From a candidate division WOR-3 bacterium (GTDB lineage Bacteria; Hydrothermota; Tepidihabitantia; SM23-42; CAYGYG01), in contig CBFGIV010000049.1 of the NCBI GenBank assembly GCA_965648915.1, positions 1 through 17,612 on the forward strand: a DNA stretch of 17,612 bases, read 5' to 3'. The notes beneath the pieces are model-generated. The model was not told where the DNA came from. It ran no database searches and was given only the letters and a program-made list of their open reading frames with translations. Below are positions 16,605 through 17,612 of this stretch, in pieces. Each line of letters starts with the position of its first letter. Position 1 is the stretch's first letter. Made by a program: the position numbers and the translations under genes.

Positions 16605-16841
16605 TCAGTCAACATCGACCGCGATACAGGTAACTGTCCTTCTTACAGATTTTATCGCTCTTATTTTCTTGATGATTACCTCTCTTAGCTCTTTTATATC
16701 TCTCGCTTCCAAAAATGCGATAACATCGTGCAAGCCAGTTACCACATGGGCAAGTTTTATACCTTCGATCTTGGAAAGTAATTTAACAACCTCGATTTCT
16801 TTGCCTGCTTCAGCATCGATCAGAAGATATGCGGCTACCAT
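16605..16841 (-). CDS. Stand-alone Lrp/AsnC ligand-binding (RAM) domain protein, no HTH
   Basis: 78 aa with pattern AYLLI...G...V...L..IEGI..AHVVTGLHDVIA..E......I...IR.I..V..TVTCI; strong SD AAGGAGG; own promoter and terminator. Confidence 0.9.
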   Translation of the reverse strand: MVAAYLLIDAEAGKEIEVVKLLSKIEGIKLAHVVTGLHDVIAFLEARDIKELREVIIKKIRAIKSVRRTVTCIAVDVD

Positions 16842-16866
16842 TTTCGACCTCCTTAAACGCCTTCAT

Positions 16867-16894
16867 ATACTATTCGAAATCCAGGATAAGTCAA
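16867..16894 (-). promoter_or_regulatory. Putative sigma70 promoter of the Lrp/AsnC-domain gene
   Basis: Minus strand TTGACT (16894-16889), 16 nt, TAGTAT (16872-16867), leaving a short leader that contains AAGGAGG. Confidence 0.6.
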
Positions 16895-17323
16895 GCAAAA
16901 AAAAGCTCTTGAGTCCATATAACTCTTTCTTTTAATTCTTTAGGAATTTTAAGTTATCCAGCATTAGTTATAAATAAAAACCCCATATATCAAAATAAGT
17001 ATTTTCCCTATTGAAATGAATAAAATTGGGAAACTGTTGGGATAATAATCTGATTTTTGACCGGCGCGTATAATTATATTATGTATTTTTGTGATTGGTA
17101 ACTCTTAACTGGAGGAAGATTGAAAAGAGATGTAAGGGCAGGTTTTTTCCCTGTCCTTAAAATGGTTAAATTTTTGCTGAGAGACTCTCTCGAGAGGGAA
17201 TACTGCACTAATTACTCTTTTCCTTTTTCCATCTTTCATCCTCTATCTTTTGTCTCTTTTTGACCCCCGGACCCTTTCGACCCTTAACCTGGGGGTGTAA
17301 GATGATTTAAGAAGCATAATTGG

Positions 17324-17369
17324 TCAAAAGTCGATTATCCTTTAACAAAAGAGAAGGATAAACTTTTGA
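17324..17369. repeat. Long inverted repeat / hairpin
   Basis: TCAAAAGT-cga-TTATCCTT-N11-AAGGATAA-ACTTTTGA: 16 Watson-Crick pairs with a 3-nt bulge. Confidence 0.7.
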
Positions 17370-17436
17370 AAAATAATTACGGTGTTTATTAAAAATGGCA
17401 TTTCTATCAATTTTTGAAAATTGGGATGAAAAATCG

Positions 17437-17612
17437 GGTTGTGTCCCGATTTCCGTAGAAATTCATAATAACACAACCTTAACGCCGATATTATAATCAT
17501 TTAAGCCACCTTGTCACTCTTTTTCTTAATCACTTCAGACATATCACGCCAGCCGGGAATCTTCCTTAAAGTGATTTGACCACTGGCAATTAGACCATAA
17601 AGTATTATTAAA
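17437..17612 (-). mobile_element. IS256-family insertion sequence, 3' end, truncated by window edge
   Basis: Transposase C-terminus at 17501-17611 on the minus strand, plus terminal IR-like GGTTGTGTCCCGATTTCCGTAGAAATT starting at 17437 (G-N4-TGTC pattern of IS256-family ends). Boundary uncertain by about 1 nt. Confidence 0.72.
17501..17611 (-). CDS. IS256-family (mutator-type) transposase, partial C-terminus
   Basis: Hand translation: LIILYGLIASGQITLRKIPGWRDMSEVIKKKSDKVA*. It resembles the L-x-ASGQIT-x-RK-x-x-GW tail I recall from one IS256 transposase subgroup (from memory, no search run). Confidence 0.72.
   Translation of the reverse strand, partial: LIILYGLIASGQITLRKIPGWRDMSEVIKKKSDKVA

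Noticed and set aside
1960..16935. The many short alternative-frame or antisense ORFs in the track (e.g. 8105-8530, 10421-10813, 11577-11957, 7639-7950, 16669-16935)
   Set aside because: They overlap well-supported genes and show no recognisable motifs; treated as shadow ORFs.
17105..17263. Small ORFs in the intergenic region (+ strand 17120-17263, 47 aa, TTG start after GGAGG; - strand 17105-17239, 44 aa)
   Set aside because: Poor SD spacing, low-complexity composition driven by the pyrimidine tract and no recognisable motif. They cannot be supported without conservation or ribosome profiling data.
17022..17426. 10-bp direct repeat AAAATTGGGA (17022-17031 and 17417-17426) as a target-site duplication of a MITE
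   Set aside because: No terminal inverted repeats inside the pair, and the match is plausible by chance in AT-rich DNA.
16895..17436. Replication origin (AT-rich region with TTATCC motifs)
   Set aside because: No complete DnaA box and no dnaA, dnaN or gidA nearby.
1..17612. Composite transposon formed by the two terminal IS elements
   Set aside because: The elements belong to different families (IS3 and IS256) with unrelated IRs, and the cargo includes housekeeping-type genes. Assembly breaks at multicopy repeats explain the arrangement more simply.
1..17612. CRISPR array, tRNA/rRNA, known riboswitch, DGR/retron or defence system
   Set aside because: I saw no regularly spaced repeats, cloverleaf, recognisable aptamer consensus, reverse transcriptase or nuclease motifs on either strand by eye. 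An Rfam scan would be needed to exclude RNA families fully.

Overview
The window looks like a complete IS-bounded contig from a non-Bacteroidota diderm bacterium. A WOR-3/FCB-like lineage is my inference from protein architectures and cannot be proven here. The left edge (1-230) is the 3' end of an IS3-family element (transposase C-terminus plus right IR), and the right edge (17437-17612) is the 3' end of an IS256-family element on the minus strand; the ORF track missed both. Between them lie: (i) an AT-rich four-gene cluster of secreted proteins, three with T9SS-type/FlgD-like C-terminal sorting domains (a beta-propeller protein, a 7-repeat FG-GAP protein, a small propeller-fragment protein and an M14 zinc carboxypeptidase homologue with a remodelled active site); (ii) a divergent MFS transporter / DUF885 pair; (iii) a pruA-glnA-secreted beta-propeller operon; (iv) an Ig-like lipoprotein plus a vWA/GATase-like membrane protein; (v) a stand-alone Lrp/AsnC ligand-binding domain gene; and (vi) an AT-rich stretch of about 540 bp with several hairpins and no convincing gene. 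The most notable observations are the M14 homologue that keeps its Zn ligands but lacks the Glu270, Tyr248 and Asn144 equivalents, sigma70-like promoters that repeatedly show a 16-nt spacer (one apparently leaderless), CTD-tagged cargo alongside non-Bacteroidota expression signals, and a terminator with a perfect TATAAT in its loop directly ahead of the next start codon. I saw no CRISPR array, tRNA/rRNA gene, reverse transcriptase or defence system.
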